Source of the DNA: Octopus bimaculoides
Taxonomy: Eukaryota
NCBI RefSeq assembly: GCF_001194135.2
Contig: NC_068999.1
Coordinates: 34,415,864 to 34,479,863, forward strand
Reading direction: 5' to 3'
Length of the DNA: 64,000 bases
Shown here: positions 1-12,790 of the stretch, piece by piece
Position numbering within the stretch: position 1 is the first letter of the stretch
Layout of the letters: each line of letters begins with the position of its first letter
Notes under the pieces: generated by a model
What the model was told of the DNA's origin: nothing
Seen by the model: the letters and a program-made list of their open reading frames with translations, nothing else
Database searches by the model: none
Position numbers and translations under genes: made by a program

Positions 1-1594
1 ATTTAAGTCCTAATCTCTATAGAAATTTATTATTTGAAAAAAAGTCTGACTTTGAATTACTTCTAATTTTTAAGTTTATAGATAACAACTCGGGCTGTAC
101 CTTCTGAGCCTGAGTCAGGCGCGTGTGAACGATGTCGAGAGAACGTCTGCTACGGATGATATTTTTTGACAAAGGGAACCTCTAAGACGACTGGCAGATG
201 CTGAACGAATATAAATACACCGCAACCAAGCTCAATAAAAAGCGCGTTAGTTATTGACTGCAATTATATACTTGAAGTCAGTTTTGGCAAAAATTAAATC
301 AGCTTGCAAATACACGTTCACTTTATTAAATTTATACTCGGGCTAAGCCAGAACAGCCCGAGTGCCGGAGTCGCCACTGATATATATATATATATATATA
401 TATACATACATACATACATACACACACACATATATATGCAAAAACACATATATGCATATACAGACGCACACAATACCGACACACGCAGTCCAGTACATGT
501 CTGTAGACCCATTTTTCTGTGTGTGTGTGTGGTGGGGAGGGTAGACTCCAAGCCATGAATAAATGTTTACAGATTTATACTGTTACAAATATCAAGTGTG
601 ATGTCAATGAAAACTTCAAGTCCATACATAATGTCACAGCAACTTCTGTCCAGTCTGCTTCCAGATGGTTCTCTCTTAGCCATCTCACCTTCCATCTTTC
701 TTTTCTGTTTTCTTTTCCTCTTTCTCTCCCAGCCACAACAACCCTCTTCCTATTTATCCCGTTCTTCATTCCTAACCCGTCTTTGCACCTGGATCTGCTC
801 TCATTCAAACCTTGTTAAAGACCACTCGCCTTTCTCTCAACCCCACTCGCCCTACCTGCTTTCTTCACTGTTTTGCATAATGCTTTCTCCATTTCTGGGA
901 TGTTAATATCATCGTCGTCGTCGTCATTGTTGTTGTTGCAACTGTTGCTTATCGCACACGTACATTGTCGATTGAGTGTAAGCATATATGATTATGTGTG
1001 TTTAATGTACACACAATATGATACACATGCTTGTGTGAATATACATACATACATACACACACGTACACACACACACACGCACACATATATATATATATAT
1101 ATTTATCCACACACATGCACACAAATATGTGTACGTGTGATCACACACAACTTTCTTTTGGTATTTTGCTCATTGTTGTCGTTGTTGTTAGAATAGAGGA
1201 GTCGCTAGAGTGCCTTGTACTATTTAGATAAGATTTTTTATGGCTTGAGTTCAAATTCTGCTGAAGTCTGCTTTGGCATTCATTTTTCTAGGATGTCATG
1301 TAATATGGCTAGAATCGCTAACCATAATATGTGGCCAGGTGCTGCATTTAGAAGTCATTACCATTTTTATATTATATTGACAACAGTAACGATTCCAGAT
1401 ATCGGCAAAAGGACACCGGTATGGGAAGTCGAATGATGCCAGTATATTGCTGGTACCTATGTTTTCAGAAGGATTTCAAATCTGGAAACCAGACGCTAAA
1501 TACTGCAAGGCATTTGTACAGTGCTTTGGCAACACTTATTCTGGACAATAATTGTAATGTAAATGCATACGTACGTACAGACTTACGTACTGAT

Positions 1595-1640
<46 letters not shown>

Positions 1641-2587
1641 CATGTGTTTATATGTGTATATAAACAACTTTCTGCGTCCTCGTTATATATATGCAATGAA
1701 CGTAAGAAGGCGTATGTTCGTGTGTCCATGTCTGTAAATGAGACGTAGCAAGCAGCGTATGTATATATATATATATACATATACACACACATACATACAT
1801 ACACAGATTGATGCACACACACACACATTTATATATATACTTATACATATATGTTATGTAGGTATGTATGAGTATATACGACATTGTATGTGCGTATAAA
1901 CCATCATAATGTCTAGAATACTCTCAACGTCCGCTATTCCATGTTTCTACATCATTTTATAATCTCGTTTCAGCACGGTTCCTTCACCTTTCCTGACATA
2001 CCTTCTCTCAGTCCCCCTTTCCATAAAGCACACTCACACACACACACGCGCGGGTGCGAATACACTCATACACATTGTTAACGTATTTTCCACCCGACGA
2101 CAGTTCAATGAATTTAGGTCTCCATTTCACACCAAATTTATAAATATTTAATAGTTAAGACGGGGCCCTCATGACAATTAGATTTCATATCATTACAAAG
2201 AATTAACCATTATCGCATCGCGTGAATTTTTCTCGAATAACCCTCATTAACTCTTAAACTACTTATTTATAATCTTAACGGAATGTTTGAGCAACAAGTC
2301 CACACTCTCCCTGGATACGTCGCTAGCCCATCACAAGTACGCATGACTATGTAGTTAGAAGTTTACTTCGAATCACCTGCCTTCAAGCTTGAACCATTTG
2401 CATGGTAGCATTTATAGTCGGTTCTGTGCGGAAACTTCATTCGTTTGTGTGTTTGTGTGTTTGTGTGTGTGTGTGCGCGTGCCTGTGTGTGTGTGCCTGT
2501 GTATGTGTGTGTGTGCGAGCGCGCTTGTGTAAAATATGTGCATGTATGTATTAGAGAGAGACAGAGAGTGGGTGAGTGTGTATGAAG

Positions 2588-2689
<102 letters not shown>

Positions 2690-2751
2690 CTGCGCGCGTG
2701 TTTTGCAACCATGTTCTGACATTGGTTATTGCATGCTACCAATCGTTCTTT

Positions 2752-2925
2752 CAGCGGCGAGCTGGCAGAATCGTTAGCACGTCGGGTAACATGCTAAGTG
2801 GCATTTCGTTCGTCTTTACGTTTTGAGTTCAAATTCCACCGAGGTTAAATTTGCCATTCATCTTTTCGGGGTTGATGTAATCGACTTAACCCCCAAATTG
2901 CTGGCCTTGTGCCAAAATTTTAAAT
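2752..2925 (+). mobile_element. tRNA-derived SINE family A, internally deleted copy
   Basis: Head GGCGAGCTGGCAGAATCGTTAGC (A-box-like), GAGTTCAAATTCC (B-box-like) and tail GGCCTTGTGCCAAAATT. The same sequence recurs more than 15 times in the window. Confidence 0.85.
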
Positions 2926-2929
2926 GAAT

Positions 2930-3203
2930 AAGGCCAACAATTTTGAAGGGAAGATGCAAGTCAGTTCGATGGACTCCAGTTTTGACTTACTTTATTTTAT
3001 CAACCTCGATAGAACAAAAAGGAAAATTGACCTCAACGGTTTTTTTTTTTAACTCGGAACAAAGAACCAACTTCATTCTGTTAATATTGTTTCGAATTTT
3101 GGCACAAGGCCAGTAATTTAGGAGGAGGAGGTAAATCAATTACATCAACCGGTACTTATTTTATCGACCCCGAAATGATGGAAGGCAAAGTCGAACTCGG
3201 CAT
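2930..3203 (-). mobile_element. Two partial SINE family A copies
   Basis: Reverse-complement matches to the family A body and tail (e.g. TTTTGGCACAAGGCCAG...TACTTATTTTATCGACCCCGAAA...GGCAAAGTCGA) at about 2930-3060 and 3090-3203. Confidence 0.75.
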
Positions 3204-3236
3204 AATCATCATACTGTTAATATTAATGACAAATTG

Positions 3237-3449
3237 AAGGCGTCGAGCTGGCAGAATCGTTAGTACGCCGGATGAAATGTGTAGTGGCATCTCGTCCGTC
3301 TTTACGCTGTGAGTTTTAATTCCGTCGAGGTTGACTTTGCCTTTTATCCTTTCGGGGTTGATAAAATAAGTACCAGTTGAGTACTGGGGTCAATGCAATC
3401 GACATCTTCCCGCCACAAAATTGCCGGCCTTGTGCCAAAATCTGAAATC
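3237..3449 (+). mobile_element. Full-length SINE family A with 18-bp target-site duplication
   Basis: Complete head, body (CCTTTCGGGGTTGATAAAATAAGTACCAG) and tail. Flanked by identical AATATTAATGACAAATTG at 3219-3236 and 3450-3467. Confidence 0.92.
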
Positions 3450-4104
3450 AATATTAATGACAAATTGTTAATATTAATGGCACATGCCATTAAATATTGT
3501 TAGTATTTGCCATTCACTTTTAATATTACATTGTTAATATTTGACATCTATGTTACTAATTACTATCGTCATTTGGCCATGACTCGACGTCTTTAACCGG
3601 ATTAATGTGTTGAGAATAAATATAATAATAATCAATAATTTTACATTAACCGATAAATGAATTGCAAGATGACGTCACTAAGTGTTTTTGACAGGTTTGT
3701 TACCAACTGCGTTGACATGGTATTACTAACTAGACTGACAAATCGTCTGCTGCGGCATTAACATGACGTCACCGACTCTGTTGACATCACGTCAACAACT
3801 GTATTGCACTGTAGTGATATCACTGCACTGTTACATTGAACTTTGTGACGTCATGAAGTGAACTGTGATATCGCTCATTCTAATTGCCCCGCGTCACGTC
3901 AGTAAATAGTAAGATTCTATATCTATGTATGTTCTTGGTAGATAACTGTATTCCATTGTTCATTCCCCCAAACCCATGTAGATGTATAAAGACAGAGTAG
4001 GCAAAACTGGAACGTCTTTACCATAGTTCTCCTCGATCTATAATTAACAACAATAAGAATAATTACTACAAGGTTAATTGCATGAAGAACTACTATGAAC
4101 GATC

Positions 4105-4525
4105 ATCTTGCTTTCTTTTATTAGACTGCGGCCATGCTTAGGACAGCTCATTGAAAGATTTCAGTCGAATGAGTCGACCAAGCACTTATTTTTTAAAAGT
4201 TTGCTACTTATTCTATCGGTATCTTTTGCCGAACTGCCATGTTACAAGGACTTAGAGAGACAGACGTTTCTTAAGCGGTGGTGGTGGTGGTGGTGGTAGT
4301 GGGGGACAAACACATTCACAAAGACACATATACACACACACAAACACCCCCACACGCACACACACATATATGTACGTCAGGTTTCTTTCAGTTTCCGTCT
4401 ACCAAATTCACTCACAAAGATTTGGTCGGGCCGAAGCTATAGTAGAAGACACGTGCCCAAGGTGCCACGCAGTCGGACCGAACCCAAACCATGTGGTTGG
4501 GAAGCAAGCTTTTTACTACAGTCAC
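4105..4525 (-). mobile_element. SINE family B
   Basis: Reverse complement of the family B consensus seen at 19259-19642 (GACTGCGGCCATGC; TACTTATTCTATCGG; CCCAAGGTGCCACGCAG). Confidence 0.85.
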
Positions 4526-4906
4526 GACGGTGCTTCGTTGGTGGATCAGTAGAAGTGGTCAAATCATAAATACATATATATATATACATACATAGTTCTC
4601 ATAGTCGAAACCGACGGAAAATCATTTACTTTACTTATTTGGGTGTGCGTGTGTGTGTGTTTGCATGCGCGCGGGTGGCTGTGTGTGCGCACGCGCGTAG
4701 TGTGTGTGTGTGCATGCATGTGTATGTGCATGGGTGTGTATATGTGTATTCATATTATGTGTTTTTTCACAATAGTATTTCCAGAGGCTATGAAAAAACA
4801 ACAACACAAAAACGCCCTTTCCTCGCCAAATACTGGTCCATTCATTTCAAGCTAGATTTTACACTCACACTCAAACTCGCACATTTTATGTGTGTGTATG
4901 CATACA

Positions 4907-5061
4907 CTCTCGGAGTGGTTGGCGTTAGGAAGGGCATCTAGCTGTAGAAACCTTGCCAGATCGGATTGGAGCCTGGTACAGCCTTCTGGTTTGCCAGCCT
5001 CCAGTCAAACCGTCCAACCCATGCCAGCTTGGAAAGCAGACGTTAAACGACGATGATGACG

Positions 5062-5063
<2 letters not shown>
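4907..5063 (+). mobile_element. SINE-like family C 3' part ending in a (GAT)n tail
   Basis: GGCGTTAGGAAGGGCATC...GTCAAACCGTCCAACCCATGCCAGC...GACGTTAAACGACGATGATGA. A second partial copy lies at about 62360-62425. The short tandem tail is typical of RTE-mobilised SINEs (inference). Confidence 0.7.
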
Positions 5064-5099
<36 letters not shown>

Positions 5100-5601
5100 C
5101 ATATATTCACACACACATATATATACATATAAGTATATATATATATATATACATACATACATATATATTTACATACATATATTCACACACACACATATAT
5201 ACATATAAGTATATATATATATATATACATACATACATATATANNNNNNNNNNNNNNNNNNNNNNNNNNNNNNNNNNNNNNNNNNNNNNNNNNNNNNNNN
5301 NNNNNNNNNNNNNNNNNNNNNNNNNNNNNNNNNNNNNNNNNNNNNNNNNNNNNNNNNNNNNNNNNNNNNNNNNNNNNNNNNNNNNNNNNNNNNNNNNNNN
5401 NNNNAAATGTGTATGTGTGTTTGTGTGTATTATTTTTATTATAATATGTATAATAAATATGTATCAAAAATCTATTTTTGCGTGTTAGTACGATCATGCA
5501 AATAAAGGCAACTTTCTTGCATGGAAAAGTCATAATGAGGTAGTGGGGTGGGTTAAGAATGGTAGGGGATTGGCTTGAATTAATAGAATACTCTCTCCTC
5601 C

Positions 5602-5632
<31 letters not shown>

Positions 5633-6669
5633 ATTGCGCACACACAAACAAACGCATATGTGCGTGTATGAGTCTGTGTATATATGTATGCACAAATGTG
5701 TGTGTGTGTATGTATGTATGTATGCATATATATATATATATGCATACACATTCATGTGTATACACGTTTCTAATTATGCTGTGTAATGCAGCAGACACAT
5801 AAAAATAAGATCGCTCTGTATGCAGATTTTTCACGTGACTGCATGTCAAGAAAACATTCAGAACCTGCACTTTCGTGCTTCTGTCTGTTTGTAGAGGAAG
5901 AAACAGAAAAGAGTCAAAGAGAGGCATACAGTTGTTGTCGTCAATAATAACGCTTGTTTTGTGCCTAAGCATGATAACATAGGCAGAGCTGCTGTTAGGG
6001 TTGTATGTTTTTCTAGAATCATTAGAAAACAGATTTTGGGGTTGCTTTTTTTGGCTTGGTGGGGGAAGGCGATATTTCGTTTCTGCATTCAAATGTTCTT
6101 TTTACCAAAAAGGTGCGAAGAGTGGAGTTTAACGATGTCTTATATTCTGGACCTAAGGAAAATATTCCTTATTGTCTATTATGTTGTTTTTTTTTTTATT
6201 CAACGCGATGAGCTGGCAGAACCGTTAGCATACCAAACCAAATGCTGGAATCGATAAAATAAATATCAGTCAAGTATTGGGGTCTATGTAATTGACTTCA
6301 ACCTTCCATCAAAAACTGCTGGCTCTGGCCCGAAATTTGAAACCATATTTCTGTTCCTCCGTGACTGATGTAGCGAAAGGAGGAATTAATTTTCAAACTA
6401 ATGACCTAATCCTAATTCTTGTAACAGAGTGAAGACCTCTGAAGGCACCCAGGAACTAGGTAGCGATGTTGAATCGGGTGATGGATTAAATCTACAAGCC
6501 AAGAACTCAGAACGCAATGAATCGGTATAAATACTGCCAAAATATTTGGTCTTGGCGCTCTAAGACTACTACTAAGGCCACTGACCAGGATCAGTACATT
6601 ATTTTATCGACCCCGAAAGGTAGAAAAGCAAATCTAACTTTGGTGGGTCTGAACTCAAAACGCAGAAAC

Positions 6670-7218
6670 CCTGAACAATTACCGTGGGTGCCTTGGCTCA
6701 CGAGTCTCATTTCATGTTTTGTCCCAGGGTCCCAAAAACAACTTCTTAGTAAATTTTGATATGTGCCATATTTTTTCATTATATTTTGTGAGGCAAGAAT
6801 CATATTTAAACATGATCCACTAGTAGAGAGTTTGATACACTGGTTCGAAACTGGGACCCATATAACATTTTTAGGAGTCCATGCAAGCAAAATAGTGAAC
6901 TGGATAGTATTTTACTTTGGATGTATTTTTTGCTTTAGATGTATTTATCGCAAGAAACAGCTAGGTTTCTTTTTCTAATGTTTTACATTGTTGAACATGA
7001 TTCCTACCACTGAAACATGTTCTCTCAAAGAATGCTAGTGCAAACCTACACAAGTGAATGCATGAAACCCCCCCCCCCCAAGAAACAAAACAACATAATT
7101 TTGAAAGACGTGTCTATAAAACTAGTATTTAAACATGGAATGGCTGGGGGGGGGGTCCACCAGAGTAAAACAGTAATCAATGGGGTCCATAGGTAAAAAA
7201 AAAGGTAGAGAACCATTG
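6670..7218 (-). mobile_element. Older, longer copy of the hAT-type MITE found at 19872-20256
   Basis: 7100-7218 matches the reverse complement of the 5' end of the 19872 element (ATAAAACTAGT...GGGGGTCCACCAGA.TAAAA). The segment GCAAGAAACAGCTAG.TTTCTTT is also shared. The left boundary is approximate. Confidence 0.7.
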
Positions 7219-7384
7219 GTTTTTATCTCACATCTCATTACGTGATGAATTAAAATGTGCAAAATAAAAGAACAACGAGAAAAATATGAAATATAGAAGA
7301 AAAAAATGTTCTAGTGTACCAAACTTAAGTAATCGTAGCGTGCTGGATCCCAAAAGGCTCCTAGAAGAGAAATAAGCTCTTCTA

Positions 7385-7780
7385 CGATTGGCACACGGCC
7401 TGACGTTTTGGGAGTGGGGGATAATCGATTACAACAACCTCAGTGCTCAGCTGGTACTTATTTCATCGATTCCAAAAGGAAGAAAAACCGAGTCAACCTC
7501 AGGTATTCTGAATTCAGAACGTAAATGCATATTATTCGGCGTGATAACGATTCTACCAGTTCAATGCCTTTCACAGAAAAGAAACATTTCTTTCTGATAA
7601 AGGTACAATACCTGAAATTGTTTCTTTAGTGGGGTTAGTCAATTATATCAACCCAAGTACGTAACTTCAAAAGGATAAAAGGCAAAATCGACCGTGGCGG
7701 AATTTGAACTCAGATCGTAGACGGACGAAATGCCGCAATGCGTTTTATTGAGCGTGCTCACGATTCTGCCAGCTCAACAC
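7385..7780 (-). mobile_element. Two adjacent SINE family A copies
   Basis: Each ends in ACGATTCT(A/G)CCAG(T/C)TCA, the reverse complement of the family A head, and contains GAA(T/C)TCAGA. Located at about 7385-7565 and 7600-7780. Confidence 0.75.
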
Positions 7781-8149
7781 GTTTCATAGAGAAGAAATAA
7801 TGAGACACCCCACCAGAGTGTCATGTGGGTCTTGCAAATGTACCAACCTGACCCTCCAGATGTCTAATGGGAATCAACGTTGGCGCCTTTAATTTGTGTG
7901 TGATTTTGGTAGGTATTTGAAGCAGATTGAACGATTGTTTAGAGTTTGTGGTGTAGACCTTTGTCACTCATGTGAGAGCAGAAAGGACACAGTTCAGATT
8001 AGCTGAGGGTGGCAATCTTGGGGTCATAGTTAACAGGGGTTTTCTTAGTTTAATCTAAATTATGGAGAATGGAGGTGGAAGCGAGACCTTAAAACCGCAA
8101 GGAAATAATGAGTCACGAAGGAGTCTCAACATAGTTAATTGAACGGCTA

Positions 8150-8340
8150 AGTAGCAGTCAAATCTACAGCATGTTAAACCTTGCTCTCATAGAACAGGAA
8201 AAGCGTAATAGACAATGTAGTTCTAGATCCTGCTAAAACGTGAGGATGTCAGGAGTGGATTGTTTTGATAACATGTCTGCTCGATCACAATTGACTCACT
8301 GTTAAATAACAACAACAACAACATCAACAACATCAACCAA
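8150..8340 (+). mobile_element. SINE-like family D with (AAC)n tail
   Basis: Shares AGCAG(T/C)CAAATCT...AATGTAGT(T/C)CTAGA...GTCTGCTCGATCA and the (AAC)n tail with copies at about 42830-42990, 46435-46545 and 55875-56060 (+), and 12865-12930, 36285-36470, 38145-38470 and 57590-57715 (-). Confidence 0.6.
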
Positions 8341-9116
8341 TGAACTTAAACGAGGGGAAAATTGAGAATCAGAGAGAAACAGGTATACATAAGTACATTT
8401 ATGCGTTTGTGTGTGTATACACACATATATAAATTTATGTAAGAGGGAAATTTCATAGAGTGAGAGAGACAGAGACAGAGAGCCACAAAGAAAGTGTGTA
8501 TGAGAGAGATACGGAGGAAGAGAAAAGGAGTGGGGCGATAGCTGAAAAGAAAGACTCTATTTTGATTGATAATAATCTAGAAACTTTCTCACCAATTTTT
8601 AAATATTAATAATTATTCAGAGCTTTGAACCTGAAAAACTGCACTAAATGGAAGCTTTAAAAAAAAAACAAAAACAGGCTTTGATTTAATTGTATTCTTA
8701 TTGTTATATTGTTACTATTGTTAATATTAATCTTTCGGCCTGCCCTGACTCATCCAACCTACAACCAAAGACGTTTCTCATAGTCAGACGTCGTGCAACT
8801 AAAACTACTTGTATTTTCTGTGTCGCCTTCCTTTTCTAAATGAGGAAGATTCACTGTTATTTCTAGTACATTATGCAAGTATATAAAGACTCCACTATTT
8901 GCTTTCAGCAGTGTTTGTCCACCTAGAGATATAAGTTTGAGCCAAATATTCCCCGCCTCTTTACTTGCAAGTTACTTTTGCTTACGTTATTTTATAATAA
9001 CAATCGTCATGTTAAATAAACACATGCACAAATTAATTAAATATTCTTTCTTTCGGCAAGAAATTCTCCATGGAGGACTGTGTTAATTTTTTTTATTTTT
9101 AAACTTCCAGGTACAG

Positions 9117-9413
9117 GTATGACTGTGTGGTTAAGAAAGTTGCTTTAAAATCACGGAGTTTCAGGTTCAATCCTACTGCGCGGCACTTTGGACAAGTTTC
9201 TTCTACTAATATCCCCTGGCCGACCAACGCCTTGTGAGTGATAATTTTCATTCACAAGGTATTGATATTTTGGTAGGCGGAAACTATGTAGAAGTACGTC
9301 GTAAATATATATGTATATATATACGTATANNNNNNNNNNNNNNNNNNNNNNNNNNNNNNNNNNNNNNNNNNNNNNNNNNNNNNNNNNNNNNNNNNNNNNN
9401 NNNNNNNNNNNNN

Positions 9414-9463
<50 letters not shown>

Positions 9464-9660
9464 TTTGTGTTTGCCCCTCACTATCACTTGACAACCAGTG
9501 TTGATTTGTTTATGGTCTTGTAAATAAGCGGTTCGACAAAAGAATAAGAGAATTAAAACAAACAAAAAAGAATTTAATTACAAGAGTCGACTAAAACCTT
9601 TGGAGACGGTGCCCCAGCCTGGTCGTACTCCTATGACTGAAACAAGTAAAAGATAAAAAG
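9117..9660 (+). mobile_element. SINE family B with expanded internal microsatellite and assembly gap
   Basis: Head GACTGTGTGGTTAAGAA...GGTTCAATCC...GGCACTTTGGACAAGT and 3' end GACTGAAACAAGTAAAAGA. The central (TA)n/(TG)n contains the N-run 9330-9413. Confidence 0.85.
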
Positions 9661-9739
9661 ATTTGTAACTGAATTTATTTCTACAACTTCCTCTAGCTAT
9701 CAACCTTTTACTCAATATGGACAAATGCAGTTGAGATAT

Positions 9740-9915
9740 TGGTTTCAAATTTTGGCACAAAGCCAGTAATTTCGAGGTAAGGGTCAAGTCATCGACCTCA
9801 GTGCTCAACTGGTTCTTATTTTACTGACTCCAAAAGAATGAAGAGCAAAGTAAATCTCAGCGGAATTTGAAATTTGAACGTGAAGACGAACGAAATGCCG
9901 CTAAACATTTTGCTC
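9740..9915 (-). mobile_element. SINE family A
   Basis: TTTCAAATTTTGGCACAAAGCCAG...GGAATTTGAA...GAACGTGAAGACGAACGAAATGCCGCTAAACATTT. Confidence 0.8.
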
Positions 9916-12554
9916 ACTGCCTTATGTAATTGAAATATTGCGAGTTTCAAACCAGAAATCGAACTTGAAATCTGTTGTTTTATATACAAACATGTTTGGA
10001 AATAAACCCAGTATTTGGCAAAATTTGAAGTCTCATGGCAAATCATGCCATAAATTGTAACATCCCATGGCCCTCTCATCTACCCCACACTTCTGTTCCA
10101 GGTATGACGAAATCTGTGCAGCACCTCTAGATTTTAAGTCCTGATTGCTTCGTGCATAGCATCGGTTCTGCCCTGATCTCACATGTCACTGTTCGAATGT
10201 AATCGACAATGAAATGTCTGTTTGAATTGTATTGGCTCACTTCAGAAATATTACAGGTGAAATATGTAAATTTTTCCTAGGTAAATTAACAAATGATAAA
10301 TTTGATGAAACAGTTTAGTAGTAGTAGTAGCAGCAGCAGCAGTCAAAGACATATGTGATGGTCTGTGGCATTGTTTTATCAGCACCAAGGTGAACTGGCC
10401 GTTTTCGACTCTATAGAAATGATAACCAAACTTCTCTTAAGTCACACAGGCTTGTACTGATATGCAAAAAGTGGACTACTTTGAGCATAGGTGTGTGGTA
10501 TCAGGGCAGGTCGGGGGCTAAACAATAAAAGCATCAACGGACAATATTCAATCCAAAATATGTTTAAATAAACAATACACATATCTACTTCGAAGTATAA
10601 TATTTCAGGCAAGATTTCCGACGAAGAGTCCAGTCCCAAAATGTCCCAACTTCTGCACAACATAAAGTATCGTGTAATAGGATTGTTTATTTATATCTTT
10701 ATGTTATAGGGAGAATTTAAGTTACTACCAAGAAAGGATTTATACATGTATGTGGATTATTCATTTTCAAATCCACTTCCTAACGATGTTGGAATAGGAG
10801 TAAGCCAATCTAGATTAAGAGTGACTTAAGAGTATACTCGTTAATTTCAGAGTGCTTACACATCTGTTAATAACGCCATGATATTCCTTTCTGAAGTACT
10901 TATCTAAAGGACAGGCGAACTAGGCTGTTAACTCAACCATAGATACAATAAGCTGAATTATAACATCATGTGGTACTTATAGCTAGGTGGGTATGGTTAT
11001 TAAGAGTTAAGTATCTTGGCTTTGGATATAAACTGTTAACTACATCAGATTGTGGTTCCTTCTAGCATCTAAGTAGACTACGCTGTTGGGTTTTGAATAT
11101 CTCGGCCACTGGTGTAATACAGTTGTACTTATAGCTAGGTCAGCAAACCTGTTAAGCATTAAGAAACTTCGTTAAGGACCCAATACAGTAAAATTTTCCA
11201 CGTTGGTTCTTCCTTACATCAAGGCAAGACTGAACATCTGTAATTTGAGTTCTTTGCCTAGGACACCGACTGAACTTGTAAGAGTGGACGAACCAGCGGT
11301 CAATCAGTTGGTTATACAATATCCTAAACAACTTACATATCTGTGGTCTTTAAGGTTCTCTCAGCCTCAGTGTGCATGCCTACTATATAAAGGTAACCAT
11401 AGCTGTGAGGTTCATGCAGCCTTACGAGTCCGGATTCAATCCCATTACGCTCTATTCATTAATAGTTTCTGAGTCAAATTTGATACAAAGAAATGGCGAA
11501 CAATCATGGATACTTGTTAAAAAAAACTAACTTCTTAATCATGTGATCTCGGTTTCAGTCCCATTGTGCAGTATCGTCTATGATAGTCCCAGATCAGTAG
11601 CCTTGTGAATGGATTTGTTTGATGGAAACTGTGTGGAAGGCGTAATGTGTGTGTATGTATACCCTTCTCATGACATTATGTAAACAAGTATCACTTTCGT
11701 ACCGGCGATGTTATTCGCTTCCGGTTCTCATTGAAAATTATGCCTGGCAATTACCTTGCTTGGAAACAGGTGTGGGTTGTCGACAGGAAGGGAGTCTGAC
11801 TGTAGAAACCCCTGCCACAAAAATTCCGCCTGACCCATGCAAACATAGAAAGTTGACGTTAAATGATGATTTGTATGTGTATACGACCGTGTATGTGTGT
11901 ATCTATTATGCCTATGGTGAGTGAGTATTTACATTCACGAGAAGTGACAACAGTTTTGGTACTGGTGTTTATATATCGGTGAAAGATAAACACACGGTTG
12001 AGAAAATGGCTGATAAATCGGCGCATCGAACGAATATGCTTTGTGGTATTTATTTCGTTCGAGTTACTCTTATAATTTCTTGCCGCTCTCATCTCTGGAA
12101 ACGCAGTCACCGTTGTTGCTAAGTCCTGGCTGAAGACCGTCAGACGTTTATGTCTGCAAAGCTGCATATTTTTAAAATACCCAAATTAATTACAAATCGG
12201 TGTCGAGCGATTTAGAGACGAGTTAATTTGCCAGTGTACCGAATTCACAGCACGATCGGTGCTGTTTAGATAAAGTTGTTCAATTAACGACTATTCCAAC
12301 CTTTTTATATTTCCATTACTAAATTGTCTGCTGTGCTCACAAGCCGAGTGATCACGTAGTGGAGATTCAAGCATTCGTTCATCCGAGGCCCGCGTTGAAA
12401 TTCAAAGAGAGAGAGCGTGAAAATTTAAGGATCTTTTGGACGATAACTGACGAAGAATTAGCAACGTCCCGTTTTCTGTGTGAATTTTCGGTTTGTTCTT
12501 TTATATTTGTTCAAAATTTGGAACTTTTAAGTCTGTCACTATATTCTCTTATCT

Positions 12555-12790
12555 AGTCATTTCTCACTGTTTACGGGGACGTGAAGAAACCAAGTGGTGA
12601 TGGAGGGGGACACAAACACACATATACACGATAGTCTTCCACAGTTTCCATGTACCAAATTTACTCACAAGGCACTGGTCAGTCCAGAGCTATAGTAGAA
12701 GATACTTACCTAAAGTGCCGCGTAATGGGACTGAACCCGAAAACTTGGGGTTGAAAAACAAGCTACTTAAACACACAGCCATAACTGCGC
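12555..12790 (-). mobile_element. SINE family B, partial
   Basis: TTTACGGGGACGTGAA...TACCAAATTTACTCACAAGGC...GCTATAGTAGAAGATACTT...GGGACTGAACCCG. Confidence 0.8.

Noticed and set aside
5085-5243. ~75-bp tandem duplication before a gap
   Set aside because: Low-complexity and gap-adjacent; likely an assembly artefact.
12445-12475. CTGACGA...CAACGTC hammerhead-like text
   Set aside because: Lacks the GAAA core and stems I/II.
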